Shown piece by piece: positions 17,054 through 26,628 of a stretch of 64,000 nt of DNA (positions are counted from its first letter, which is position 1; the number at the start of each line of letters is the position of its first letter). Under the pieces are notes generated by a model that made no database searches, was not told where the DNA came from, and saw only the letters and a program-made list of their open reading frames with translations. Source of the DNA: Nocardiopsis ansamitocini (GTDB lineage: Bacteria; Actinomycetota; Actinomycetes; Streptosporangiales; Streptosporangiaceae); assembly GCF_030268225.1 (NCBI RefSeq), contig NZ_BSQG01000011.1:19751-83750 (forward strand), read 5' to 3'. Both the position numbers and the translations under genes were made by a program.

Positions 17054-17081
17054 GGGGCCTCGCGGACGACCGCGAGGCCCC
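17054..17081. terminator. perfect 12-bp stem hairpin (GGGGCCTCGCGG-acga-CCGCGAGGCCCC) between convergent lanA2 and the hydrolase gene
   Basis: Read directly from the sequence. Confidence 0.55.
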
Positions 17082-17118
17082 GTTGCGTATGCGGGCCCCT
17101 GCCGCGTACGGCTGTGCC

Positions 17119-17979
17119 CTAGAGAAAGGCGCGCAGTGCGGCGTGGAACTCCTCCGGGCGGTCCCGGGGGAGCAGGTGGCCGGCATCCGGGACGCGCAGA
17201 AGATCCGCGCCGGGAATGAGCCGGGCCGTCTCCTCGACGGCGCTCAGCGGAACGACGGAGTCCCGGTCACCGCGCACCACCAGCGTCGGACAGGCGATGT
17301 GCCTGAGCAGTGGGCGCAGGTCGGTGCGCATTCGGCGCCACCCGTACGAGGAGATCTGCCAGTCGTCCATGACCAGTTCTCCGGCCTCGCGTTTGCTCCG
17401 CATCTCCTGCTCGGCAAGTGCGACGATCTCGGCGAAGTCGGGATGGTCCGCGCCTTCGACCAGGGCGGCTCGAAGCGAGACGCGGATCAGGGCAGGACTG
17501 TGGGCGAACAGCGCCGTGGTGAGCCGGAGCAGGCCGGGCGTGCGCAGATAGAGGTACGTCGAGCCCTGTGCCACCCGTCTGCCTTCCATCCCGCCGGGGG
17601 CGACGAGGACCAGGCGTTCGACGCGGTCGGGGTTGCGAGCCGCGAACCCCGCGGCGATACCGCCGCCGAGGGAGAGCCCCACCAGCCTGGCGCTCGCCAG
17701 GCCGCAGTGGTCCATCAGCTCGGCCACCGCCTCTTCCAGACCGGCCTGGCCGGTGGGGCCGTGCCAGGGACGGCTCCCGCCGTGGCGCGGCCAGTCCAGG
17801 GCAAACACCCGGTATCCGTCCTGGAGGGCCGGGATGGCAGCCCCCCAGACGAGCGGGGCGGTGTCGAGCATGGCGCCGTGCAGCAGGATCACAGCGGGGC
17901 CGGTGTTCCCGGCCCGGTAGTAGCGGAGCGGCCCGTGGGCGGTCGTGATGGTGTGTGCGGTCGCGCTTGTCAAAGGCAT
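17119..17979 (-). CDS. alpha/beta-fold hydrolase
   Basis: GLSLGG nucleophile elbow and HG oxyanion motif near the N-terminus (ILLHGAM). Confidence 0.8.
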   Translation of the reverse strand: MPLTSATAHTITTAHGPLRYYRAGNTGPAVILLHGAMLDTAPLVWGAAIPALQDGYRVFALDWPRHGGSRPWHGPTGQAGLEEAVAELMDHCGLASARLVGLSLGGGIAAGFAARNPDRVERLVLVAPGGMEGRRVAQGSTYLYLRTPGLLRLTTALFAHSPALIRVSLRAALVEGADHPDFAEIVALAEQEMRSKREAGELVMDDWQISSYGWRRMRTDLRPLLRHIACPTLVVRGDRDSVVPLSAVEETARLIPGADLLRVPDAGHLLPRDRPEEFHAALRAFL

Positions 17980-17997
17980 GGCTGGGGCCTCCTGGAG

Positions 17998-18684
17998 CTA
18001 CCCGGTGGGTTCGGGGGACTGGGTGCCGTCCCCGGAGAGAGGGGTGGCGATGAAATCGGTGAAAGCGCGCCGGCCCTCGGTCGGATCGGCGTCGGCGTCG
18101 CCCTCGAAGCCTCCGGCCAGCAGTGCGGCAACGGCGTCCAGCGTCGATTCCAACGGAGGCGCCGCCTCGCTGCCGACGGTGGATTCGATGCTGATCAGAC
18201 CGGTGGAGATGATGGCGAGGACGTGCGCGACGGACTGCGCGTCGAGGTCGGTGCGGATCAGTCCGGCTTCCTGCATGCGAACGACGAACGCGACTGCCCA
18301 TCGCTGCCGGGGCGCATAGCGCTCGGGGCCGTACCCGCGCACGAGGTCACCGAGGGTCTGGCTGTCAGCGGTGTAGAGCGCCCGCATGAGGGGGTCCGCA
18401 GCGAGGGCTTCCAGTGCATGCCGGTAGATCGCCGAAAGCCTGCCGCCCTGGGGGTCGGCCGTGACCGCCTCGGTGGTCGTCCGGGCCAACCGGTGGGTCT
18501 GGCGGAGCAGCAATGCCTCAAGGACCGCTTCCTTGCTGGCGAACTCCTGGTAGACGGCGCCCTTGGCGATCCCGGCGGTGCGCGCGATGTCGCTGACGCT
18601 GGTCTTGTCGTAGCCGTAGCGGGCGATCAGTCCCGCTGCCGCATCCAGGATCCGCCCGGCCCGTTCGATCCCTGCCCGCACCAT
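17998..18684 (-). CDS. TetR-family transcriptional regulator
   Basis: N-terminal HTH: YDKTSVSDIARTAGIAKGAVYQEFASKEAV. Confidence 0.85.
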   Translation of the reverse strand: MVRAGIERAGRILDAAAGLIARYGYDKTSVSDIARTAGIAKGAVYQEFASKEAVLEALLLRQTHRLARTTTEAVTADPQGGRLSAIYRHALEALAADPLMRALYTADSQTLGDLVRGYGPERYAPRQRWAVAFVVRMQEAGLIRTDLDAQSVAHVLAIISTGLISIESTVGSEAAPPLESTLDAVAALLAGGFEGDADADPTEGRRAFTDFIATPLSGDGTQSPEPTG

Positions 18685-18694
18685 ATTGACTCCA

Positions 18695-18718
18695 TGACCA
18701 ATTTAGTTTTTCTGGTCA
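18695..18718. promoter_or_regulatory. palindromic operator-like site TGACCA-n12-TGGTCA, 11 nt upstream of the tetR start
   Basis: catgaccaatttagtttttctggtcaca, read directly, in an AT-richer patch. Confidence 0.45.
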
Positions 18719-18786
18719 CAGACTAGCGCACTGTTCGTCGGACCGTCCACGCCTCGACCGGGAACGAGGCGTGGACACTCCCGTGA

Positions 18787-19680
18787 TCAGCGGGAAAGGG
18801 GCTCGCGCACTTCCAGGGTGCAGCACTTGGGGCCGCCGCCCGCCTTGGCGAGCTCGCTGGTGTCCACGAGGACGGGGTGGTATCCCCGCTCGCGCAGGTC
18901 GGCGACGAGGCCGCCGGCCTGGACCGGCAGGACGACGTTGCGACCGTCGCCGACGGCGTTGAGTCCCAGGACCGCGGCGTCTTCCTCCCCGACGGCCAGT
19001 GCATCGGGGAACAGACCGGTCAGTGCCGCACGCCCCTCAGGGGTGAACGCCCCGGGGAAGTAGGCGATGTCGGGCCGGTCCGAGGCGCGACCGTCGTCCA
19101 GGACCGCGATCGCCGTGTCCAGGTGGTAGAACCGCGGGTCCACCAGTTGGAGCGAGACCACGGGACGCCCGAACAGCTCCTGGACCTCCCGGTGTGCGGC
19201 GGGCTCGGTCCGAAAGCCGGTGCCCGCGAGAATGCAGCGCTCGGTGACCAGGAAGTCGCCCTCCCCCTCGTTCACGGCACTCGCCTGCACGGCCCTGGCC
19301 ACCCCGCCGGCCAGCCAAGCGCGATGCGCGAGGGTCTCGGGTGCACGCTCGGGGTGTCGAAAACGCGCCTCGTAGGCGACCCCGTCCACGATGGTCGCAC
19401 CGTTGGCGGTGAACACCATGTCGGGCAGGCCGGACAGTGGCTCCAGGAGACTGACCCGGTGCCCCAACCCCAGGTAGGCGTCGCGCAGCCCGTTCCACTG
19501 CGCGGCGGCGAGCCCCCGGTCGACCGGGATTCCCGGGTCCATCCAGGCGTTGATCGCGTATTGGACGTCGAAGTAGTCGGGCGGGCACATGACGTAGTGG
19601 CGGGCGACGGCGATGCGGTCGGGCGTCTCGACCAGCAGGGACGTTGGGCTCATGAGAGAAAACATAGAATCCGCCGCCAA
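18787..19680 (-). CDS. amidinotransferase-superfamily protein (dimethylarginine dimethylaminohydrolase-like)
   Basis: Length around 290 aa. C-terminal GGGPKCCTLE (catalytic Cys region) resembles DDAH/arginine deiminase-type enzymes. Confidence 0.6.
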   Translation of the reverse strand: MAADSMFSLMSPTSLLVETPDRIAVARHYVMCPPDYFDVQYAINAWMDPGIPVDRGLAAAQWNGLRDAYLGLGHRVSLLEPLSGLPDMVFTANGATIVDGVAYEARFRHPERAPETLAHRAWLAGGVARAVQASAVNEGEGDFLVTERCILAGTGFRTEPAAHREVQELFGRPVVSLQLVDPRFYHLDTAIAVLDDGRASDRPDIAYFPGAFTPEGRAALTGLFPDALAVGEEDAAVLGLNAVGDGRNVVLPVQAGGLVADLRERGYHPVLVDTSELAKAGGGPKCCTLEVREPLSR

Positions 19681-19888
19681 CGCTGAACAATAGCGATATT
19701 AAGCGTCTGACCAGCGTTTTCATGCAATTAATCAACCCAAGCAGCTTGTTCATTGCGCCCATTCGCCCGCATCGCCCCGGAGAAGCGCACCGGTGCCGCG
19801 GGACGGGCGCGACCACCGGCGTCCCCGGTGAATCGCCCGCCCCGCGGCGAACGCGGAAGCGGCCGTAGCCGCACGGGATCGTCCCTGT

Positions 19889-22015
19889 TCAGGCGGGCAC
19901 GGATGCCACGTCGCGATCCCAGACCCGGTGGGCGGCGACCAGTCGGGCGAATGCCTCGTGCAGTTCGCGGCCGTCCCCGCCCCGGAAAGTGGCCACCCCC
20001 TGGTCGACGACGACACCGTCGCCGTCGGCTGCCGTGCGCAGCCGGGGCAGTGGGAGCCGGCCCAACAGGTCGACCCCCTCGTCGAGGGCTGCCACCGGTT
20101 TGGCGTGCTTGAACGCCTCGGTCACGAAGAACAGGGCGCCGCCGTCGCTGCCCAGCGTGGCGACACTGTCGGCCCCGCCCGCCACGAGCACCGCGTCGTA
20201 GAGGACCGAAGCGACGGTACTCATGGCACGGTCCACGGCCAGGGACGAGCCATTGGACGCTCTGACCTGCCCGTCGACAGGTGCGAGCAGTTCCACCACG
20301 GCCCCGCGCCCGGTCATGGCGTCGCGGAAGGCCGCGACCGCGTCGCCGCCCACCCCGTCGGCGACCAACACGGCGATCTGGCGGCCGAACACGGTGTCGG
20401 CCGCTTGGCCGGCCTGGCTGAGCGCGGGTGAGCGGCGACCATGGTTGGTCACCTGGGCCGTGGCCGGCGGGGCGACACCGATTCCCGACGCCACCTGAAC
20501 GGCGAGTCCGTGGTCGACGCGGTTGAGGTTCTCCACGACACGCTCGCGGACCCGGAGGTCCTCGCATTTGCCGAGTTCGAAGCGGAACGCCGCCACCACG
20601 TGCGCGCGCTCCCAGTCGGCCAGGCTGTTGTAGAAGAGGGTCGCCTGCGAGTAGTGGTCCTGGAAGCTGTCGCTGCGCTTGCGGATCTTCACCCCGTCGA
20701 CCCGCTCCTGGTAATGGCGGTAGGCGTTCGCGTCGGCAAGCGCCGGGCATCCGCCGCCCAACGAATTGGGGTGGTAGCTGGTGTGCCCCCGGTGCACCAG
20801 CTGCTGCCCGGATCCGTCCCGCTGGTTGTTGCTGACCTCGTTCACCGGACGGTTGACCGGGATCTGTTGGAAGTTGGGCCCGCCGAGCCTGGTGAGCTGG
20901 GTGTCGAGATAGGAGAAGTTGCGGGCCTGGAGCAACGGGTCGTTGGTGAAGTCGATCCCCGGGACCACATTGGCGGTGTGGAAGGCGATCTGCTCGGTCT
21001 CCGCGAAATAATTGTCGGGGTTGCGGTTGAGCACCATCCTGCCCACCGGAGTGACCGCGACCTCCTCCTCGGGCAGGAGTTTGGTGGCGTCGAGCAGGTC
21101 GAAGTCGAACTTGTGCTCGTCGCTCTCGGGGACGAGTTGGACGCCGAGCTCGTATTCGGGATAGCGGCCCTGCGCGATCGCATCCCACAGGTCGCGCCGG
21201 TTGAAGTCGGGGTCCTTGCCCTGGATCTTCTGTGCCTCGTCCCAGACCAGCGAGTGCGTGCCCAGCACCGGCCTCCAGTGGAACTTCACGAAGGTGCCTT
21301 CTCCCCGGTCGTTCACCAGGCGGAAGGTGTGCACCCCGAACCCCTGCATCGTGCGGTAGCTGCGGGGAATCGAGCGGTCCGACATCATCCACATCATCAT
21401 GTGCATGGTCTCGGGTTGCAGGCCCACGAAGTCCCACAGGGTGTCGTGCGCGGACTGGGCCTGCGGGATCTCGTTGTGCGGCTCCGGCTTGACCGCGTGC
21501 ACGAAGTCGGGGAATTTGATGCCGTCCTGGATGAAGAACACCGGGATGTTGTTGCCGACCAGGTCGTAATTGCCCTCTTGGGTGTAGAACTTGGTCGCGA
21601 ATCCGCGCACGTCACGTACGGTGTCGGCCGAGCCACGGGATCCCGCGACCGTGGAGAACCGGACGAACACCGGCGTCCGCACGGCCGGATCACTGAGGAA
21701 GTGCGCCCTGGTGTGGCGGGAGAGGGACGCGTAGGGCTGGAAGTAGCCGTAGGCGCCGGCCCCGCGCGCGTGCACGACCCGCTCCGGAATCCGCTCGTGG
21801 TCGAAACGGGTCATTTTCTCCCGGAAGTGGAAGTCCTCCAGGAGCGTGGGCCCCCGCTCCCCCACGCCGAGCGAGTTGTCGGTGTCGTCGATCAACACCC
21901 CGTTGTCGGTGGTGAGGTCACCGCGCGAGTCGGTGCGTACCCCGTCGAGCTGGCGGTCCTTGGCGTCGGCGTCGTGGTCACGGAATTCGGTCATGGAGCG
22001 GCCTCGTTTCGACAT
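19889..22015 (-). CDS. katE: large-subunit catalase HPII
   Basis: [33 protein letters not shown] and the distal-His region. 708 aa with a C-terminal flavodoxin-like extension, typical of KatE. Confidence 0.9.
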   Translation of the reverse strand: MSKRGRSMTEFRDHDADAKDRQLDGVRTDSRGDLTTDNGVLIDDTDNSLGVGERGPTLLEDFHFREKMTRFDHERIPERVVHARGAGAYGYFQPYASLSRHTRAHFLSDPAVRTPVFVRFSTVAGSRGSADTVRDVRGFATKFYTQEGNYDLVGNNIPVFFIQDGIKFPDFVHAVKPEPHNEIPQAQSAHDTLWDFVGLQPETMHMMMWMMSDRSIPRSYRTMQGFGVHTFRLVNDRGEGTFVKFHWRPVLGTHSLVWDEAQKIQGKDPDFNRRDLWDAIAQGRYPEYELGVQLVPESDEHKFDFDLLDATKLLPEEEVAVTPVGRMVLNRNPDNYFAETEQIAFHTANVVPGIDFTNDPLLQARNFSYLDTQLTRLGGPNFQQIPVNRPVNEVSNNQRDGSGQQLVHRGHTSYHPNSLGGGCPALADANAYRHYQERVDGVKIRKRSDSFQDHYSQATLFYNSLADWERAHVVAAFRFELGKCEDLRVRERVVENLNRVDHGLAVQVASGIGVAPPATAQVTNHGRRSPALSQAGQAADTVFGRQIAVLVADGVGGDAVAAFRDAMTGRGAVVELLAPVDGQVRASNGSSLAVDRAMSTVASVLYDAVLVAGGADSVATLGSDGGALFFVTEAFKHAKPVAALDEGVDLLGRLPLPRLRTAADGDGVVVDQGVATFRGGDGRELHEAFARLVAAHRVWDRDVASVPA

Positions 22016-22114
22016 CGTCGCGCCGGCTGCTCTCGACGCGACGGGAACGGCTGGTGCCCCGAGCCTTCTGACCCTGCCTCCGTACGGTGAAACTCCGCTG
22101 GATGCGGGGCACGG

Positions 22115-22745
22115 TCACCTGAGGCCAAGCTCCCGGCGCACCTTGCGGTAGGTGCGACCTGGCAGGGGGGAGACAAGGCCCCAGGGAAGGTGCTCGGGCA
22201 TACGGTTACCGGCCCCACCCAGCACGTACCTGGCCCGGTCGAGGTCACCGCTGTAGTAGAGGGCCGCGCCGAAGAGGTGGGCGGTACCCACGTTCGTGGG
22301 GTGCGCCCACGCCCGGCTCAACCAGCAGTCCGCCGCCCACGCCAGTTCCGCCGCGTGGGCCGGGTGGCCGAAATAGGCACTGGCGCCCTTCGACGCGGGC
22401 TCGGTGGTGTCGTCCAACCGGCGCCGAAGAATCTCGAAGTGGGCGATCGGAAGAACCACGGTCCGGGGATCGCCCGGGGCTGCCGTCTTCACGGTGTGGC
22501 GGGCAAAGCCGAGCAGTTCCCTGTGCGAACCGGCCCACTTCTCGCACTGTTCCCGGGCCCGGGAACAGTGTCCTTCCAGCAGGTGGGGCCCGGTGGCACG
22601 GCTTCGCCCAGATCCGGTCCAGTCATCGATGGCGCCCAAGGCCCAGACGAAAGCTTTTCGCACAAGCGTGAGCTGTATGGTGCGGCGCGCGCACCCTTGC
22701 CCGCACCGTTTCGTCCCGGGCAGCCAACCCAGCAGGCCGAGTCGC
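22115..22745 (-). CDS. hypothetical protein
   Basis: Very high GC3 in this frame. The 5-prime end is truncated to avoid overlap with the downstream PLD gene. No family recognised. Confidence 0.3.
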
Positions 22746-22757
22746 ACCGACCTCGGA

Positions 22758-23996
22758 TCAGAGCAGGGGGCGCAACGGGACGAGGACCAACTCGCTGAAC
22801 TTGGCCACAAGCGGACGCCTGCGCCACTCCTCCTCGGTGAGGGGACGGGCGTTGGCACTGTCCGCGGTGAACACGTCCTCCAGGTGGGAGGCAACGCCGC
22901 TGTCGAAGATCTCGACGTTGATCTCGTAGTTGCCGGTCAGACTCAGCCGGTCGACGTTGGCGGTGCCGATCGTGCTCCACTGCCCGTCGATGGTGGCGGT
23001 CTTGGCGTGCACCATGGCGTCCTGGTAGAGCCACAGGGTCACCCCGCCGCGCAGCAGCGTGGTGTAGAAACCGCGGGACAACCAGTCGGCGACGACGTGG
23101 TTGGAGATCTCCGGCACCAGGATGCGCACGTCCACTCCGCGCCGGGCTGCGGCCAGCAGCGCCCCCAGGATCTCGTGGTCGGGGATGAAGTACGCCTGGG
23201 TGATGTAGATGTGATCCCTGGCGCGGTCGATCGCCTCCAGGTAGAGCGCCCGGATGGGATAGATGAGCAGCTCGGGAATGTTGCGGTGCGCGCGGATCGT
23301 GGGGTTCCAGTCGGCGGCGCCGATCGGGTCCAGCCAGGGCTGTCCGGCTTTTCGGTGCGTGTTCCAGAAATCGGAGAAGGCGTTCTCCAGCTCCCACACT
23401 GCGGGACCGGCCACTCTCAGGTGGGTGTCGCGCCACTGCGTGGCATAGACCGAGCCCACGTTGTAGCCGCCCACGAAACCGGTGCGGCCGTCCACGGTGA
23501 GGATCTTGCGGTGGTCGCGACCGGACTTGCGCACGTTGAACAGCAGAACACCGGGGCGAAACACCGGATAGCAGATGACGTTGACCGGCCGCGGGAAACG
23601 GAAGAACTTCCGCGGCACGACGAGGTTGGCGAACCCGTCGTAGATCACGAAGACGTCGACTCCGCGCTCAGTGGCGTCGATCAGCGCACGCTTGAACTCC
23701 CGGCCCACCGCGTCGTCCTTGATGATGAACGACTCGAACAGGATCCGGCGCTGAGCACCCCTGATCGCGGCGAGCATGTCGTTGTAGACGTCCTCACCGT
23801 AGGTGTAGGTGGTGGCGACGGTCTCGCCCACCGGAAGCGACTTCGGCTTGGTTCGGGGGAAACCTCCGCGCTGCGGACGGAACCGCTTGCGCCAACTGTC
23901 GATGCCGATGAGTCCCGCGATCACTGTGATCTGAGCCGCGAACAAGCCGAGCAGCGCGCGCTTGACAATCGTCTTGATGGTGCTGCGTCTCAGCAT
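22758..23996 (-). CDS. phospholipase D-family protein (cardiolipin synthase-like, two HKD motifs)
   Basis: HRKILTVDG and HAKTATIDG. N-terminal TM helix. ATG 23996 with GGAGG RBS. The ORF-track N-terminal extension to 24623 is rejected. Confidence 0.85.
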   Translation of the reverse strand: MLRRSTIKTIVKRALLGLFAAQITVIAGLIGIDSWRKRFRPQRGGFPRTKPKSLPVGETVATTYTYGEDVYNDMLAAIRGAQRRILFESFIIKDDAVGREFKRALIDATERGVDVFVIYDGFANLVVPRKFFRFPRPVNVICYPVFRPGVLLFNVRKSGRDHRKILTVDGRTGFVGGYNVGSVYATQWRDTHLRVAGPAVWELENAFSDFWNTHRKAGQPWLDPIGAADWNPTIRAHRNIPELLIYPIRALYLEAIDRARDHIYITQAYFIPDHEILGALLAAARRGVDVRILVPEISNHVVADWLSRGFYTTLLRGGVTLWLYQDAMVHAKTATIDGQWSTIGTANVDRLSLTGNYEINVEIFDSGVASHLEDVFTADSANARPLTEEEWRRRPLVAKFSELVLVPLRPLL

Positions 23997-24139
23997 GTGA
24001 AATGACCTCCGGTGCCGCGAATGACGAAACTGCAGCCGTTCTCTGGCTTCACCCGCTCCCGCCGACGGCAGGGAATGGCCAACGCTACCGCGCGGTGACG
24101 ACTCACGGCTGCGGCATGACGGGGGGTGCCCTCCGGGTC

Positions 24140-24574
24140 TCACCCGGGCCCGGCACCGGGAGCGGGCACCGGATCCACCGGGGTTTCGAGGGCGGGTTCC
24201 TCCTGGGGTCCGGGTGCGGGAGCGACAGGAGGCGCCGGGGTCGCTCCGCAGAGCAGCGTCGGCCGTTTGACCCGGTCGCGCAGAGCGCTTGCGCTGACCG
24301 GGTCGTCGGACAGGAGCAGATCGCGCAGATCGTTCAGGTCGGGACCGGTGATCGTGCAGGGTACTTTGCCCCGAGGCGTCCAGACCTCGAACCCCTGACC
24401 GTCCCCTTCCGGTTGGGAAGCGGTGGGCTCGTCGGCCACCGCCTCGCCCGCCTCGGGTCCGGTGGTGTCGGCGGCCACCGGACCCACGCAGCAAAGGGAC
24501 AGGGTCGTCGCAGCCACGGCCGTTGCCGCCGCACCGAAGAGACGACCGGTGGGCCGTACCCGGCGGCCGGTCAC
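24140..24574 (-). CDS. secreted Pro/Ala-rich hypothetical protein (signal peptide)
   Basis: N-terminal hydrophobic signal AAATAVAATTLSLCCVGP. ATGA overlap with the upstream small gene. Confidence 0.45.
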   Translation of the reverse strand: MTGRRVRPTGRLFGAAATAVAATTLSLCCVGPVAADTTGPEAGEAVADEPTASQPEGDGQGFEVWTPRGKVPCTITGPDLNDLRDLLLSDDPVSASALRDRVKRPTLLCGATPAPPVAPAPGPQEEPALETPVDPVPAPGAGPG

Positions 24575-24822
24575 CGGGCAGCGCTCTTGACGCTCGTGAC
24601 GGTCGCGCCGGAGCGACCCGCACGGTAGGTGACCTCGTAGAAGGAGACGGTGCCGTCTGCGGCGACCGAGCTGCGCAGGACGGTCAGCGATGCCCCGTTC
24701 CGGTCCGCTTTGCTGGACTTGGTCTCGAACGACGCTTGGGCCATGGCCGCTGCCGGGGCAACGAAGGTGAAGGTCAAAACGGCGAGGGAAACGGCGAAAA
24801 CCCTGGTCAGGGCTGCGGTCAT
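24571..24822 (-). CDS. small secreted hypothetical protein
   Basis: Signal peptide LAVLTFTFVAPAAAMA. 83 aa. Confidence 0.45.
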   Translation of the reverse strand: MTAALTRVFAVSLAVLTFTFVAPAAAMAQASFETKSSKADRNGASLTVLRSSVAADGTVSFYEVTYRAGRSGATVTSVKSAAR

Positions 24823-24981
24823 GGCTGTCTGCTTTCTACTGGTGCGGCTCGGCCCCGAGAAAAGGTCCCGGAACAGAAAGTCCGGCCGTCGCGGATGCGA
24901 CGGTCGGTAGGGCGATGCAAAGACCGAGCGGACACGGTGACCGACGTGGCGGCCACCGTGTCCGCATCAGTGCTACTTCAG

Positions 24982-25299
24982 TTAACGGGCAAAGCTGGTG
25001 ACACCGAAGGTTGCCGCGCCGCGAGGGCCGGCCTTGGTGCCCGACTCGTGGAAGTAGGATCCGCCGCGGCCGCCACCCCAACGGTCGTTGTCCCAGCCGC
25101 CTCCCCAGCCGCCGCCACCCCAGCTGTTGCCGGACTTGGCGTAGGCGGTGACGTTGTGGGAGTAGGCCCCGCCCCGTCCGGCGCCGGTGGCGTCCTGGTT
25201 GAAGAAGCTGTCGGCCATGGCCAGCGCCGGCGCACCGAAGGCCAGCGTGGGAACGGTGATAGCGGTGAAGGCGATGCGGGCCAGAGTCTTACGGTTCAT
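24982..25299 (-). CDS. secreted Gly/Trp-rich small protein
   Basis: Signal peptide ending ALAMA, then GGGGWGGGWDNDRWGGGRGGSYF. Confidence 0.5.
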   Translation of the reverse strand: MNRKTLARIAFTAITVPTLAFGAPALAMADSFFNQDATGAGRGGAYSHNVTAYAKSGNSWGGGGWGGGWDNDRWGGGRGGSYFHESGTKAGPRGAATFGVTSFAR

Positions 25300-25890
25300 T
25301 ACTGGTGTTTCCCTTCTTTCGCGGGCTGACTATCTGTCATCCCGTTGTGCGCCTCCTGCGCTCCGACTCCACCGGAGCGGTACGGCGGCGATCACCAATG
25401 GAGTAAATGACCTCGAACCGCAGAATTAACCCTTCGCATCCAAGAAAGCACTGAAAGTAATAATTACCTTCGTTGGCGGCTTATTGGACAACCTCGACCC
25501 GAGAGGAAGTGACGCCTGCGCCAGGTCAGGCCACAGTCCTTTGACCTACTGCCTTTTCGACCGATCATGGCCGCCGCCCTCTCGGTCAGGTAGGTGAAAT
25601 GCGAACCATCCGACCGCCCACCGAGAAGCCGCTCCCCCGCCCGCAGGTGACAGCCGCCCGCTCCGCCCCCACTGCCCAGGGGCGATCAGGGGACACCCGC
25701 CAAGGCGCAATCGGGCACCGCAGCCGCCGTCGAATCAGCCGGACCGCACGACCAAAGAAGCAAAGTGATCAGACCAATTGTGGATAGAAGCATGATTTTC
25801 TGCCTGATCATGTGCTTAACTACCAATGTTTTTGATAATGATCCGATGACTTTGCGAAACGCGTCGGTTCCCGCACCGGCGAGGAGGCCC

Positions 25891-26628
25891 ATGCGCATCG
25901 CTCTTTTCATCACCTGCGTCAACGACACCCTGTTTCCCGGAACCGGGAAGGCCGTCGTGCGGCTACTGGAGCGACTGGGCCACGAGGTGGTCTTCCCCGC
26001 TGCCCAGACCTGCTGCGGGCAGATGCACTACAACACCGGCTACCGTCGCGACGCCCAGAGACTGGCCGTGCGTTTCGTCGAGACTTTCGCCGACTACGAC
26101 GTGATCCTGGCGCCGTCGGGCTCGTGCGCGGCGATGGTGCGCGACAACTACCCGCGTATCGGCGCACCGGGCAGTCGCCTGGACACCGCGGCCACGGCTG
26201 TGGCACCACGGGTGCTGGACCTGTCGGAACTGCTGGTGGACGTGCTCGGGGTGACCGACGTCGGCGCCTACTTCCCACACCGCGTCACCTACCACCCCAC
26301 CTGCCACGGCCTGCGCATGCTGGGCCTGGGGGACCGACCGACCCGGCTCCTGCGTGCGGTGCGCGGCCTGGAACTGGTGGAACTGGAGGGGGCCGAGGAG
26401 TGCTGCGGGTTCGGCGGCACGTTCGCGATGAAGAACGAGGCCGTATCAGCGGCGATGGGCTCGGACAAGGCCCGCCACGTCACCGCCACCGGCGCCGAGG
26501 TGCTGTGCGCCGTGGACAACTCCTGTCTCATGCATGTCGGCGGCACCCTCGACCGCCAGCGCGCGGGCGTGCGGGTCATGCACCTCGCCGAGATCCTCGC
26601 CTCGACAGAGAAGGAGCCCGCACTGTGA
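25891..26628 (+). CDS. lutA: L-lactate utilisation protein A ((Fe-S)-binding, CCG domains)
   Basis: MRIALFITCVND, two CCG motifs (TCCGQMHYN; ECCGFGGTF). GAGGAGG RBS. Confidence 0.85.
   Translation: MRIALFITCVNDTLFPGTGKAVVRLLERLGHEVVFPAAQTCCGQMHYNTGYRRDAQRLAVRFVETFADYDVILAPSGSCAAMVRDNYPRIGAPGSRLDTAATAVAPRVLDLSELLVDVLGVTDVGAYFPHRVTYHPTCHGLRMLGLGDRPTRLLRAVRGLELVELEGAEECCGFGGTFAMKNEAVSAAMGSDKARHVTATGAEVLCAVDNSCLMHVGGTLDRQRAGVRVMHLAEILASTEKEPAL

Noticed and set aside
24982-25299. Gly-rich secreted protein considered as a chaplin
   Set aside because: It lacks the conserved hydrophobic chaplin-domain pattern; only composition is similar. Left as a generic secreted Gly/Trp-rich protein.
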